Source: Felis catus
Taxonomy: Eukaryota
Direction of reading: 5' to 3'
Assembly: GCF_018350175.1 (NCBI RefSeq)
Contig: NC_058368.1
Location: 71,922,001 to 71,986,000, forward strand
DNA: 64,000 nt
The notes under the pieces were generated by a model. That model was not told where the DNA came from. It made no database searches and worked only from the letters and a program-made list of their open reading frames with translations. Made by a program: the position numbers and the translations under genes. This document shows positions 25,309 through 36,878 of the stretch, piece after piece. Positions within the stretch are counted from its first letter, which is position 1. Each line of letters starts with the position of its first letter.

Positions 25309-26029
25309 TCACACTCATGATGGCAATTATCAAAACATGGGAAATAGATGTTAACAAGGATTCAGAATCCTTGTGCATTGCTAGTGGGAATGTAAAATGC
25401 TGCAGCTGCTATGGAAAACGGCTTGACCATTCTGCAGTGAAATGTAGAATTCCCATATGACCCAGCAATTTCATTTCTAGGTATATACCCAGCAATTTCA
25501 TTTCTAGGTATACACCTCGAAGAATTGAAAGTGGGCACTCAAACACATACTTGTGCACCTGTGTTCATAGTGATATTACTCTTAATTGCCAATGATGGAA
25601 ACAATCCAGTGTTCATCAACAAACAAATAAATACAATGTGGTATACACTAATAATGGAATATTATTCAGCCATAAAAAAGAAAGAAATTCTAATAAATAC
25701 TATAGCATGGATGAACCTTGAAAGCATTATGCTTAGTGAAATAAGCCAGACATAATAGAACAAATATAATTCCACCTGTATAAGGTCATTAGAATAGGCA
25801 CACTTGCAGAGATAGAAAGTGGAGTAGAAATTATCTGGGGCTAGGAGGAGAGGGCAATGAGAAATTTTTGTTTAATGAGTACAGAGTTTCTGTTTGGAAT
25901 AATGAAAAAGTTATGAAAATGGATAGTGATAATGGTTATATATAGAATGAGAATATACTCACTGAATATAGCCACTGAACTGTATGTTTAAAAATGGTTA
26001 AAATGGCAAATTTTGTGTTACGTATATCT

Positions 26030-26035
<6 letters not shown>
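25309..26035 (+). mobile_element. L1MB-like 3' fragment
   Basis: tgggaatgtaaaatg...ccatatgacccagcaatt...aatggaatattattcagccataaaaaag...aaaatggttaaaatggcaaattttgtgtta; 27-bp tandem duplication 25460-25513. Confidence 0.85.

Positions 26036-26081
<46 letters not shown>
26032..26081. repeat. (CA)n microsatellite at the L1 tail
   Basis: About 24 perfect AC units. Confidence 0.95.
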
Positions 26082-26082
<1 letters not shown>

Positions 26083-26140
26083 TCTCTCCCACAATGTGTG
26101 CAGCCTGAAAACAAGAAAGAGAAATCTGCAGGTGCCAATT

Positions 26141-26330
26141 TTTCTTTAATGTTTATTTATTGTTTTGGAAAGGGAGAGAAGGGGGAGGGAAGGGAGAGGG
26201 GAACAGAGGATCTGAAGCAGGTTCTGTACTGACAGCAGAGAGCCTGATGTGGGGCTTGAACTCACAAACTGTGAGATCATGACCTGAGATGAAGTTGGAC
26301 ACTTAACTGACGGAGCCACCCAGGTGCCCC
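26141..26330 (-). mobile_element. CAN-SINE
   Basis: Standard body; flanking repeat tgcaggtgc(c/t)aa. Confidence 0.95.
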
Positions 26331-26437
26331 TGCAGGTGCTAAAATTGAAGACAGATTAAGGAACAGGGAGCCGGGGCTGAGTGCAAATGCCTTACGAAGT
26401 TCGTGAAGGCAAGATATCAGCTGATATTCACTGTAAG

Positions 26438-26555
26438 CAGTGGTGTCAACCTTGGCTGCACAGTGAAATCACCTAGAGAGCTTAATGAAGTATTGATTCC
26501 TGGGCCCGGCCCCCAGAGACTCTGATTTAATTGTCTTGAGAGTTGCCTGGGCTGC
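26438..26555. mobile_element. MER5A-like fragment
   Basis: cagtggtgtcaaccttggctgcacagtgaaatcacctagagagctt...ccccagagactctgatttaattg. Confidence 0.6.
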
Positions 26556-26599
26556 CTCTCTAACCAGGTGCTGGGCATTTCCATGGAAATGAATCTTCT

Positions 26600-28760
26600 C
26601 TGAATATGAATTCACAGCCCAAATTATGAATCATATGAAGAAAGGAGGGAGGGTCAGCAGACATAAAACAAAGGGAGTATTTTCCCATCCAAACAAAAGA
26701 TAAAAGAATAATATAAAAGAGAATTTAAAATAAATGTACTTTAAGGGACCAAATATTTAAAGAAAGGAATAGAAATCACAGAGTAGAAACTTGATATCGT
26801 AATGGAGAACAAGTTGATTTGAAAAAGGAAACAAACAAAAATTCTAGAAAGTCAATGAGAGAGACCAAGAGATTGAAAATTTGAAAGAGAACCTATAAGG
26901 CTTGAAAGAGAACTTCCAGGTAACAAGCTCCAACATAGACCTGATAGATATTCCTGAATGACAGGATAAGAAGAATGGAGGAGTGGAGAACATTATATAT
27001 TGAGGACAGATACACATTCTCAAAGTGAAGAAATACACAGTGTTAAGAGAATAATAATAATAATAATAATAGTAATAAATTTGCACCCCAGATGCATCAA
27101 AATTAAACTGTTAAAAAAACCAAAGACAAAGAGAACATCTTATACTCTCCCTGAGAAGGAGGACTGATGACTTGGAATGGACAGACTCTAGGCTGAAAAA
27201 TGCTTCCCACGGCAGGGGGAGGTGCCCGAAGATGGTCTTCAAGACTGAGAGAGTACATGCATCATGCCAGTCATTCAAGGGTCAAGGCAAAATTCACATT
27301 CAGATTAGACAAATTCAGATCTACAAAGGAAAAGAAAATGTATTGCCTTCAAGCCTCCTCTGAAGGAGCTGCGAGGAAGGATTTGGCAGCAGGGACATCA
27401 CATAATTTTTTCAGTTCAGTTAAAACACTATCTATCAATGCTTGTGGGCAAGCTAAAGCATATACTTAGGGAGATATTTGTAGCTTTGTATGCGCAAATT
27501 AGAAAATAAGAAAAATAGAAAAACAAAGTGTCCAAATCAAGAAAATGACAAAAAAAAAAAAAACCCAGAGTAAACCAAAGTAGAAGGGAAAATATAATAA
27601 AGATAGAATCAGAAATTAATGAATTAGAAAACAAATAATAGAGATGATTAACAAAGTTATCTGGTTTATATAGCAGTCAAATTATTGCAGAATATCTATC
27701 TCTATAATCTATGTATCTGTGTATGTATCTGTCTCCTCCAGAAATCAGTAAAAAAGCAAGAGATAATCTAAAAGCACGAAGGTTATGAGCAAGCATTAAA
27801 AACGTAAAGCAACATATAAAGTGAATCAACATGGAAAACTGCTCACCCTCACTACTAATTAGGAAAATGCCAATTAAACATTTGATGTAACATTTCACAC
27901 CCATCAGACTGTCAAAAATTAAATGAAAATCTGTCAGAGCAAGTAAGGGCGTGGGGAAGCAGGAACTCGGATCCACTGCTAGTAGCCATGTAAATCGGTT
28001 TAGTGATTTTAGAGGGCAATCTGGCAGCCGTCTGCTAAAGCCGAAGGTGCACACACCCAGTGTTTCCACTGCGAGGTGAATTCCCTGATACTCACTGCAA
28101 CACTGCTTTTGTTGTAGCAAAAAAGTTCAAAATTTAAATTTCCATCCCTAGAAAGGGGTAAATTATTGTTTCTAATGAACTGGAATACCATACAGTATTT
28201 AAGATGACTGACCTTGATGTGTATATATTGATATGTGTTGATTTTGAAAACATAATGTTGATTTGCTAAGTGAAATAAGCTAGTCTGAAGGACATATACT
28301 GTTTGATTCCACTTACATGAGCTTTCTAGAACAGGCGGATTCATGGAGACAGAAGGTACAATGGTGGCTGTCAGAGGCTAGTGTGAGGAAGTTAATGTTT
28401 AATGGGTGCAGAGTTTCTCTTTGGGATGATGAAATGGATACTACAATAATGAATTAAAAATCTGTAATGTTGAAGAAAATAGTCTATAGAAAAATAGGTA
28501 CATGTACTATTTAAAGACTTGTAAAATTGTTTATGATAACATGCATATGTATTAAAAGTATAACAAATAGACAGTATTCGCACCAACTTCAAGATGAAGG
28601 TTTCACCTAGAGAGGGAAAGTGCCGAGTGGGGGGGGGCCTCAATTGTATCTATGATATTTCTTTAAAGAATAAAAATTCTGAAGGAAACAACAAATGTCG
28701 ACCCTTAACTCTTAGTGGTGATACATGCACATTTGAAATATTTACATTTAAAAAATACCC
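26600..28760 (+). mobile_element. Highly degraded old L1 fragments (L1MC/ME-like)
   Basis: A-rich; L1-like motifs tagctttgtatgcgcaaattagaaaa, gaaaatgcaattaaa...catttcacacccatcagactgtcaaaaatt, gattccacttacatga. Confidence 0.55.
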
Positions 28761-30082
28761 AGAAGTACAGTTTTGGGGGCTATTCTGATCATTTAGTTGA
28801 CTATTGCCAAAATTTACAAAACAGAATGATGTTGGGGTAGAGGGGGTTGGGGGAAGGAAAATGTCAGAGTCCAGGTCGTACATATCTTTCAAACATCTGC
28901 TCACATCTTTCTTACTCCAAAGAATTTAATTACTAGACATTTCCATGTTTTGTGGTAGACCAGGGATGACAAGCATGGTGCCCGTATTTCAATAAATGAA
29001 GGCGAGCCAGTCTTTTGTGGAAGACCTTCCACACGAGGTCCTCGAGTGACGGGAAATCATCTGGCGCCTTCTGGCTGGCTGAATTGTACATGGATTCTAG
29101 CTAACTGTAAATAACCATGAACAAAGAGTATCTCAGTAGCCAATATTTTTCTCTGCTGGTATCAAATGAAATTCATTTGGTATCAGCTGGAGTTTTTATA
29201 GTGCTAATGGAAGTTATTTTCAGTTATCACGTCAGTCCATAAGTATACAAAGGCAGCAATTTCACTGGTAATCTGGAGATCAGTTTGTATGTAGGGGGTA
29301 TGCTTTAGACTGTTTCTGCAGTGTAAGCTTTTATCTTAAGAAATGTGGGGGAATCATAAATAAAAAGGGAATGATGAAACAGAACATCCAACAAGGGCTA
29401 AGGTGGGGCTTGGCAACATTTCATAGCGTGAACATCTGAACTCCAAGATGTGGTGATGTCCAGGAAGCCCTGGGCACAATGGGGAGCTTGCGCATCTGAG
29501 AACTCATTCCACCAAATGTTAGTTAGTTAGCTCCCTCCCCTCATTCCACTGATAGCTCTTTAAATACTGACGGTTCTTCCTCTGTGCAGCCGCTATTTGA
29601 TCTCATTCCATGGGGTAGAGGAAGGAAGCTGGAACCATCAATTTTTGTTTTTTAATAAACTCATGTAATTTTGCCATCCTCCCACCAGGTACAAGAATGA
29701 CAATAGAGCCCTGTAAATAAAAATCTGCTCTCTGCAGGATTTTAATTATTTATATTTTTTCAGCAAACAGAACCCCCATCCGTTGTGATGATAGCATGTA
29801 TGGAGATTGGAGGATCAAAATGCAGTGCCAAGGTTGTTAGCCCAGAGAAGGGCAATTTAATTTTTTCCCTTCTGAAAATGGACATGCTGAATGCCTGAGA
29901 TATTTGTACCAAATATCATAACTGTTAGCATTGCATGAAAATTTTTTTGTACTAGGGACTCTGGAGCCTAAGGGATTTTTTTTTTCCTTTAAAGATCAAA
30001 GGCAGGGTCATCTCATTCCCATTACCATGCTATGTATTCAACTTCTTAGAAGAGAACACTGCTTTTAGAAGGAGTAAGCAAG

Positions 30083-30163
30083 AATTGTACACCAAAAAAT
30101 GGTTTAAATGGCAAATTTTATGTTATATATTTTTTACCACTGTAAAAAGAAACAAGAAAAAAT
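30083..30163 (+). mobile_element. ~80-bp L1MB-type 3' tip with TSD
   Basis: aattgtacac...aaatggtttaaatggcaaattttatgttatatatttttacca + A-tail; TSD gagtaagcaag 30072-30082 / 30164-30174. Confidence 0.8.
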
Positions 30164-30549
30164 GAGTAAGCAAGTGAAAAAGGGTTAATAAATATTGGTT
30201 AGGCAAACACACTATGCCAGGGATTGTAGGGGAATGGTAAAGATTCCCTACAACAGGCATGCTGCCTTAATTCCCTTTTATACCTGCTTTCCCTTACAAT
30301 TCTTTGTTAGCTGTGAGTAGAGTGCCTGACTAACAATGGGCAAACAAATATTTACTGAATGAAATAAAAGATGGGCTCTGTGTTCTCAAAGAGCAGGGCA
30401 GAAAGAGCACTGTGTTTTTGTTGTTGTTGTTGTTAAATCTAAGAGGAATTATTTATCTATATGTATGTATTCTTTGTTTGAATGCATCTAGAAGCACGGG
30501 CTGGGTCTTAAGTTTGCACCCTCAACCCTTAGTCCAGTGCATGGGTGTG

Positions 30550-30690
30550 CACTGGGTGCTACTGAGACCCCACCTAGACCTCTGTCCCAAGCTGGTGCAC
30601 CTGTACCCCAGCTGCTGGGATGTTTGGCACTTACATCTCATAACTTCCCTTGGCCAACTGATAGCCACCTGTCCCCCATCTGATGGCTGC
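30550..30690. mobile_element. LTR16-like ERVL fragment
   Basis: ctggtgcacctgtaccccagctgctgggatgtttggc resembles recalled LTR16. Confidence 0.35.
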
Positions 30691-31592
30691 ATTCTTGCTT
30701 AGTTTTGTTTTTCTATCTTACTCTTCTCATTCTCCTTTGACATCTGTCACCCAATAGTGGAACTTCTTGGTAGATGGTTGAGGTGGGTTATGGAAGTGGT
30801 CTCAACTGGAATATGCTTTTCGAGGAGTATAAGAGCCTGGAAAATTTTCAGGGAATCCGTGTTTAGATCCTTAAATTCTATAGTTCCTCCTTCCCACAAC
30901 TCATTCCTGGAGCAATTGTCTGAGTTTACCACAGTCCTTTGACTGATAAACCAAAAACAGATCCCTAATCTATCCCAAATCTTACCCATGGCTTGTAAGT
31001 GTAAAGACCTCTTGGGCTTCCAACAAAGAGAGGACTTTTTAAAATGTTAACAAAGGTTCAATAAACCCATAGGGATTCTTTATTTCTCTATCTTAGTCAC
31101 TATTCTATTGAGGGTGAAATTTCGTGGTTTAGACCTCGATTGGAATGTTCTGATTCAGCTATAGAAATAATGAGAGTTATGACAATTTTTGTTTATTGAC
31201 TTTGTCTTTTCCTTTTGCCAAAAAGTGTAAGATTCTGTGAGAGCAAAGTAAAGCGCACTTTAAGATCTACTGAGTGCTAAAAATGACCTTTCTTGTGTAC
31301 TTAAGTGTAAGCGATTCTTTGTGGATATTCTTAGGACTCATCCTTAGTCTGTTTTATTAGCTAAAAAGAAGAGACCTTTGAACAGCCCAACAGTATATTA
31401 ATGTTGCGGAATCTTTTCAATATAAGTGAAATGTTTCTAGAGCTACTAAAATTCTTAGGATACATTACATAGGAACTTTGGGTAAAACTTTTACACAGCC
31501 TCCTTTAGATTCAAGATATGTTTGATTAGATAATTAAAAATTATTTTATCACATCATATTATAAAATATTTAGTCTAGGTATAGTCAGTCTT

Positions 31593-31606
31593 TTTTAGTT
31601 TAGTTT

Positions 31607-31643
<37 letters not shown>

Positions 31644-31805
31644 GGCAGGGGAGGGAAAGAGAGAGAGGGAGAGAGAATTCCAAGCAGGTTTTGCGCTGCC
31701 AGCATGGAGCCCAATGCAGGGCTTGAACCCACGAACCTGTGAGATCATGACCTGAGCTGAAACCAAGAGTTGGGCACTCATCTAACTGAGCCCCCCAGAT
31801 GCCCT
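31593..31805 (-). mobile_element. CAN-SINE
   Basis: TSD taggtata(g/a)tcagtctt 31576-31592 / 31806-31822. Confidence 0.97.
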
Positions 31806-32053
31806 TAGGTATAATCAGTCTTAATCTTACTTCATGTTATAAAATGTTTAATATTTTCAACTTCTTGTTAACATCAATTATATATAGTATAATGTATTAA
31901 TTTTTAGCAAAATTGCTAACAATTTAACAGATGATTAATTTCCAATAACTTTTAGCAATTATCTATTATTTTTTTCAAATGTGAAATACATTTACATTTT
32001 TGATCTGTTCGCTAATAGTAATTTTAATGATTATACAATGTGGAGGAATTTTA

Positions 32054-32468
32054 TTTTATTTTTTATTTATTTATTTATTTTTGTGTGTGTGTGTCTCGAT
32101 TTTCTTTTTTTTTCTTCAATATATGAAGTTTATTGTCAAATTGGTTTCCATACAACACCCAGTGCTCATCCAAAAAGGTGCCCTCCTCAATACCCATCAC
32201 CCACCCTCCCCTCCCTCCCACCCCCCATCAACCCTCAGTTTGTTCTCACTTTTTAAGAGTCTCTTATGCTTTGGCTCTCTCCCACTCTAACCTCTTTTTT
32301 TTTTCCCTTCCCCTCCCCCATGGGTTTCTGTTAAGTTTCTCAGGATCCACATAAGAGTGAAACTATATGGTATCTGTCTTTCTCTGTATGGCTTATTTCA
32401 CTTAGCATAACACTCTCCAGTTCCATCCATGTTGCTACAAAGGGCCATATTTCATTCTTTCTCATTGT
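32054..32468 (-). mobile_element. Young cat-type L1 3' end with extra tag between two A-tails
   Basis: Reverse match to ~17660-18017; perfect 17-bp TSD aatgtggaggaatttta 32037-32053 / 32469-32485. Confidence 0.96.
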
Positions 32469-32735
32469 AATGTGGAGGAATTTTAAAGACTTAGAACATT
32501 ATGATCGTAGGAAATGAATCATGTTTTAAAAACTTAATTTTTATAAATATATTTTTGTTGAATAAAGAGCAATGGTATGATCAGTAAAAGATTTCCAAGC
32601 ATTAAGCTCTACTACATTAGGGTACCAATCTAAAGGGAGCATAATGGAAGTAGAAATAAAAGAGAGAAAAAGAAATTTATACATTTCTGAAAGTTTGGAA
32701 GCCTCATTCATGTATTGTTAAATTGATAATAGCAG

Positions 32736-32900
32736 TGTCAAGAGCTGTGAAGATGCTATCCTTACAAGCTAGCAAGTTAGCCTGCCACAGTTTTATGGAT
32801 GCTGGTATAAAACATGAAACTCTCAGGTCAGAGACAAAAGACTTAATTATTCAAGATACAGCAGGCTGCATGTGCTTCACGTCTGGACTGGCACCCCATG
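32736..32900. mobile_element. MER73/MER74-like ERVL LTR fragment
   Basis: tgtcaagagctgtgaag...caagctagcaagttagcctgccacagttttatggatgctgg...ggtcagagacaaaagact. Confidence 0.55.
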
Positions 32901-32920
32901 ACCGACAAGGGCTATGGCTT

Positions 32921-33235
32921 TGTAATGTGCCTACTTGCCTAAGCTGAACCATGTCTCCCAGAATTCTCTATCTTGTATGTTTCTGGTTAGAGTGGGAGAT
33001 TGCAAAGCTGAAGGGAAGTAACAGCCATTTTGTGTTTCATGCACATTGTTCCTGATCTACTAATTCACCCTGATGGCAGGAAGCAGTAGCTACGCCTGCA
33101 GGTATCCCACCTTGCCCTGGATCCTCTTTTGGCTTCTCTGATTCCTGGGCCAGGTTTCTGTGTTCATCTCTGTGATAAAAGGCCCTGGCTTCTGCGGGGT
33201 ACTTTTATCACCAGGGTCAGTAGCAACAAGAAGAG
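32921..33235. mobile_element. LTR40-like ERVL LTR fragment
   Basis: acttgcctaagctgaacc...tcccagaattc...tggttagagt...cagccattttgt. Confidence 0.45.
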
Positions 33236-33794
33236 GCCACTGTCTCCCAACAGGTGGCTTTCGAACCATTATGAAACTTAGATTTCATTGCATATATTTA
33301 AAAGGATGCCATAGCTTTCATTTTTAAACTTCAGCATTTACAATGTGCTAGAAATCACATTCTTTACAATTATTTAAGCTTTTGAAAAAAGAAGTTTAAA
33401 TGTCAACTTCAAAGTGTGCAAGAGGGCACCTAATTTTTGAAAATAATTTCAGAAGGTGTGTTATAATTCATAATATTTAGGGCAATCAAGTTTGAGACTT
33501 CTGGTTTATAGGATGTTTTGGCTTATAGGATGGCTTATGGGACAGCCAGATTCAAGTATGTGGATCTCTGGTGTTTCTGGTGCCCCAGGTGGCATCTGGC
33601 ATCATGGTAGGGTTGGGGTCATCTTGAACTGCAATTTCCCTTTCCTAGAAACACTTCTGTTAGATGATCCTTAGAACTTTACTTTGAGAAGAAAATAATT
33701 TAATATAACGCTTTCTCACGTAAGCAAGGAAAACAGGTTTGTTGGTGATGATGATGAAAAACATTCCCCACAAAGGACATGGTTAGGAGTGTTG

Positions 33795-33945
33795 TTACAG
33801 AGCTTCCAGGGTGGTGAACCCATGGCGGTGTGGGGAAAGTGACGTCCTGGAGGGGACAGTACCCCTTCCCACGCACTTTGCCCTGGGCATCTCTTCCATC
33901 TGCCTGTTTCTAAGATTTATCCTTTTATAATAAACCTGTGGTGTA
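33795..33945 (+). mobile_element. MER21-like LTR fragment
   Basis: agagcttccagggtggtgaacc...ttgccctgggcatctcttccatctg...ccttttataataaac. Confidence 0.55.
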
Positions 33946-34154
33946 GTGAGAAAAAAAAAAGTGGTGTCATAGTAACAGGACCACATAATAATTTTAAGAA
34001 GAGCAGGTGAGATGGTGACAAGTGTGCCAGCCATTTGGTTTGTCCTAATCATGTTTGTGTCTGCAGAGTCTGCTCCAGGCAACTGGACCAGGGTGCACAC
34101 TGGGTCAACTGGGACAATGAGAATCTTTTGTCTGGGGGATCTCTAGCAGGGGGT

Positions 34155-34320
34155 GTGGAGTTAGAAGACCTGATGTGAGTTATACTTCCTTTGTGCCCAT
34201 GGGCAAGTCATTTAGCCTTAACTTTCTAGCTATCTACATCTCTAAAATAGTGAAACTAACAGAGCTACTCTGAGAATTAAACCAAGAATGCTTTGTAAAA
34301 CAAAAAGAGCTGCAGAATTT
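34155..34320 (+). mobile_element. MIR fragment
   Basis: ggagttagaagacctg...gggcaagtcatttagcct...catctctaaaat...tgagaattaaa. Confidence 0.6.
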
Positions 34321-34609
34321 AATCTGTGATTCCTACCCAAGGTCTGTGTTTGTCTGCATCCTTGCTTAGGGTTTGCTAGAATATGGACTTGTGCATTTGG
34401 CCCATCTGTGACCCAGAGCACAACATTTATTAACGAAGTACAGGTGCTGATGGCCAAGCCATTGGCATGTTGATCTGTGTATAGCAATCAACTATAAGGT
34501 GTGTGGTTCTTTTCGTTTTTGTGTCCAGATTATGTTCTTAGTATGTGTGTTTCCGCGTCAATACCCGTGAACAGGTACTTGTTTTAAAGATCTTCTTTTC
34601 CTTGTTCTC

Positions 34610-34682
34610 CTTACCAGTTCCTGAAATAATTTCCCTCAGACTTACCAGTTCCTGAAATAATTTCCCTCAGACTTCCCTCAGA
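34610..34682. repeat. Perfect 31-bp tandem duplication plus an 11-bp partial copy
   Basis: cttaccagttcctgaaataatttccctcaga at 34610 and 34641, then cttccctcaga. Confidence 0.95.
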
Positions 34683-35072
34683 CTCCTGTATGTAAGCCTG
34701 AAAAGGCACAAAGACACTTAGGTTCATTACCCTGTCAAGTGGCTGTCCCTTATGGCCTCCAGCACGAGGATAAGGAAGCACAGGTCCCCCCGCTACCTCA
34801 AACACCAGGTCTTGGCTCCTGCACTTCAATCTAGAGAACTTAAAGCAGATACCATGAATGATTTTAGCCCTGGAGGATAAACTTTGCAGGGAGAACATTT
34901 TCCTTTCGCCTGTTTCTTTGAGAACAAAGGAAAGAGAGGTAGATTCTAAGGCTCCCAGAACCTAAGCCTCCTGCTTGAATTTATAAAACAGCAAATTATT
35001 GGTTAATGCAGCTTGTAGAATGTGGATACAGGTTGAAATTCTGGGAAGATAAGCTTCCATGTTTCAGACATC

Positions 35073-35712
35073 TGTATTAGTTTTCTAGGGCTGTCCTCAC
35101 AAAGACTTAGAACAACAGAAACTGATTCTTTCAGTTGGCTTCTATTGAAGGCTCTGAGCTAGGATCTGTTTTGTGCTGCTCTCCTGGCTTCTGGAGGTGC
35201 CTGGGAATCCTTGGTGTTCCTCAGCTTGTGGACAGGTGACACAAATCTCTGCTTCCGTCTTCATGTGGACTTCTCCCTGTAGGTCTCTGTGTCCAAATTT
35301 CCCCTCTTCTTTTTTTTTAATTAATTTTTTAATGTTTATTTATTATTGAGAGACAGAGAAAGACAGAGCATGAGCAAGGCAGGGACAGAGAGGGGGAGAT
35401 ACAGAATCTGAAGCAGGTTCCAGGCTCTGAGCTGTCAGCACAGAGCCTGACGTGGGTCTCAAACTCACAAACCGCGAGATCATGACCTGAGCTGAAGTCA
35501 GACGCTTAACAGACTGAGCCACCCAGGCGTACCCCCTCTTCTTATAAAGGCACCAGTCATATTGGGTGAAGGGCCCACCTCACTCCAGTCTGACTTCATC
35601 TTAATTTAACTAATTATATTTTAATGACTGTGTTTCCAAATAAGATCACATTCTGAGATTGCAGGGGTTAGGACTTCCACATATCATTTTTGGAGGACAC
35701 GATTCAACAACC
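35073..35712 (-). mobile_element. MLT1C-like MaLR LTR, split by a SINE
   Basis: tgtattagttttctagggctg...aatccttggtgttcct...cagtcatattgg...agggcccaccct...tttccaaataagatcacattctgag. Confidence 0.8.
35312..35532 (-). mobile_element. CAN-SINE nested in MLT1
   Basis: TSD cccctcttctt 35301-35311 / 35533-35543. Confidence 0.97.
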
Positions 35713-36819
35713 CACAAGAATATCTAGGTGTTGTCTGTTTGCTCAGGGCAGGGGGTGGGGTTCCATCTGTAATATTCCCAAACAGCCGAGCTTTAGGTCT
35801 GAAGTCACATGTTACTATTTCTGACACAAACTTTCGTATTCCACAAAGCCTTCATTTTTGTGATTCCTTTATTGGGAAAAGTTAAGAAAGAATTTTTCAG
35901 TGAAGATTTAATAATATTCATTCAATTTAGTCATGATTTTTAAACTCAGAAGGGAAAGCACTGATCTCATAACACAACAAATTTTATTTTAATAATGTTT
36001 TTTAATGGAAAGATTTGGGGGTTTAAAGCTCAGTGATTATAGTCTGAGGAGATACGATTGTCTCCTGTTAATTCCTTTAGGTGAGTGAGAGAGCTCCTCT
36101 AAGACCTTGTATGATGCATTTTATTTTATTTTTTCTTCTGAAAGATTATCTCTTAAAAGCAGTTTGAGTTTGCGCTTTTTGCAAGCATCAGGGTTTTTGG
36201 ATTCCACACTTTAAATCTGTGACTATTGATCTCAAAGATATTTTACTTTCAAGACACATGATCATTGAGCTTTAATGTCTGGAGATTGAATTGCTGGTAA
36301 GAAATAATTTACAGAAATGTTCTTCATGTTTTTTGTTGTTTTTCAGCATGGAATAGATGAACATTAACATAACCATTTGGCTATAATTATAAATACATCA
36401 GATGTGATGCAGTTTTAATTATACAAGGCCAACTGAAAATGCAAAACATGAATATGTGATTTTAATTAAGATACATGCATAATTACAAGGGGACTTCTTA
36501 CAGGGAAGAGCACGGGAAAGTTCATTTTCGCTCCTCTCTCCCCCTCTTCCTTTAAATGCTATTCTTGTTCATTAAATCCCCTAATATCCTCGGAAATGTT
36601 CTGCTCTACTTTTCCTTTATTGCTTATAGACACTAGGAGTTAAAACCCAAATGCAACTGGAAGCCAGTGTGAGAGGGTGAGAGCTTCACTGTTCTAAGGA
36701 GAATGGCAAAATAGCCTTCCCTCTTTCATTTGTATTGTCACCAAGGAAAATCTTGACAGAAATGGATTTCTGACCCATCAACAGTTTACTGAAGATATTT
36801 ACAGGAACATATACATAGT

Positions 36820-36878
36820 AGGAACTATCTTACACTATAAATTCATAAGAGGAACTATCTTACACTATAAATTCATAA
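36820..36878. repeat. Perfect 29-bp tandem duplication (period 30)
   Basis: aggaactatcttacactataaattcataa at 36820 and 36850. Confidence 0.95.

Noticed and set aside
29016..29033. Palindrome tgtggaag-ac-cttccaca
   Set aside because: An 8-bp stem is expected by chance in 64 kb; no supporting context
29764..29900. Candidate + strand exon after ttttttcag
   Set aside because: No recognisable peptide in any frame and no convincing donor
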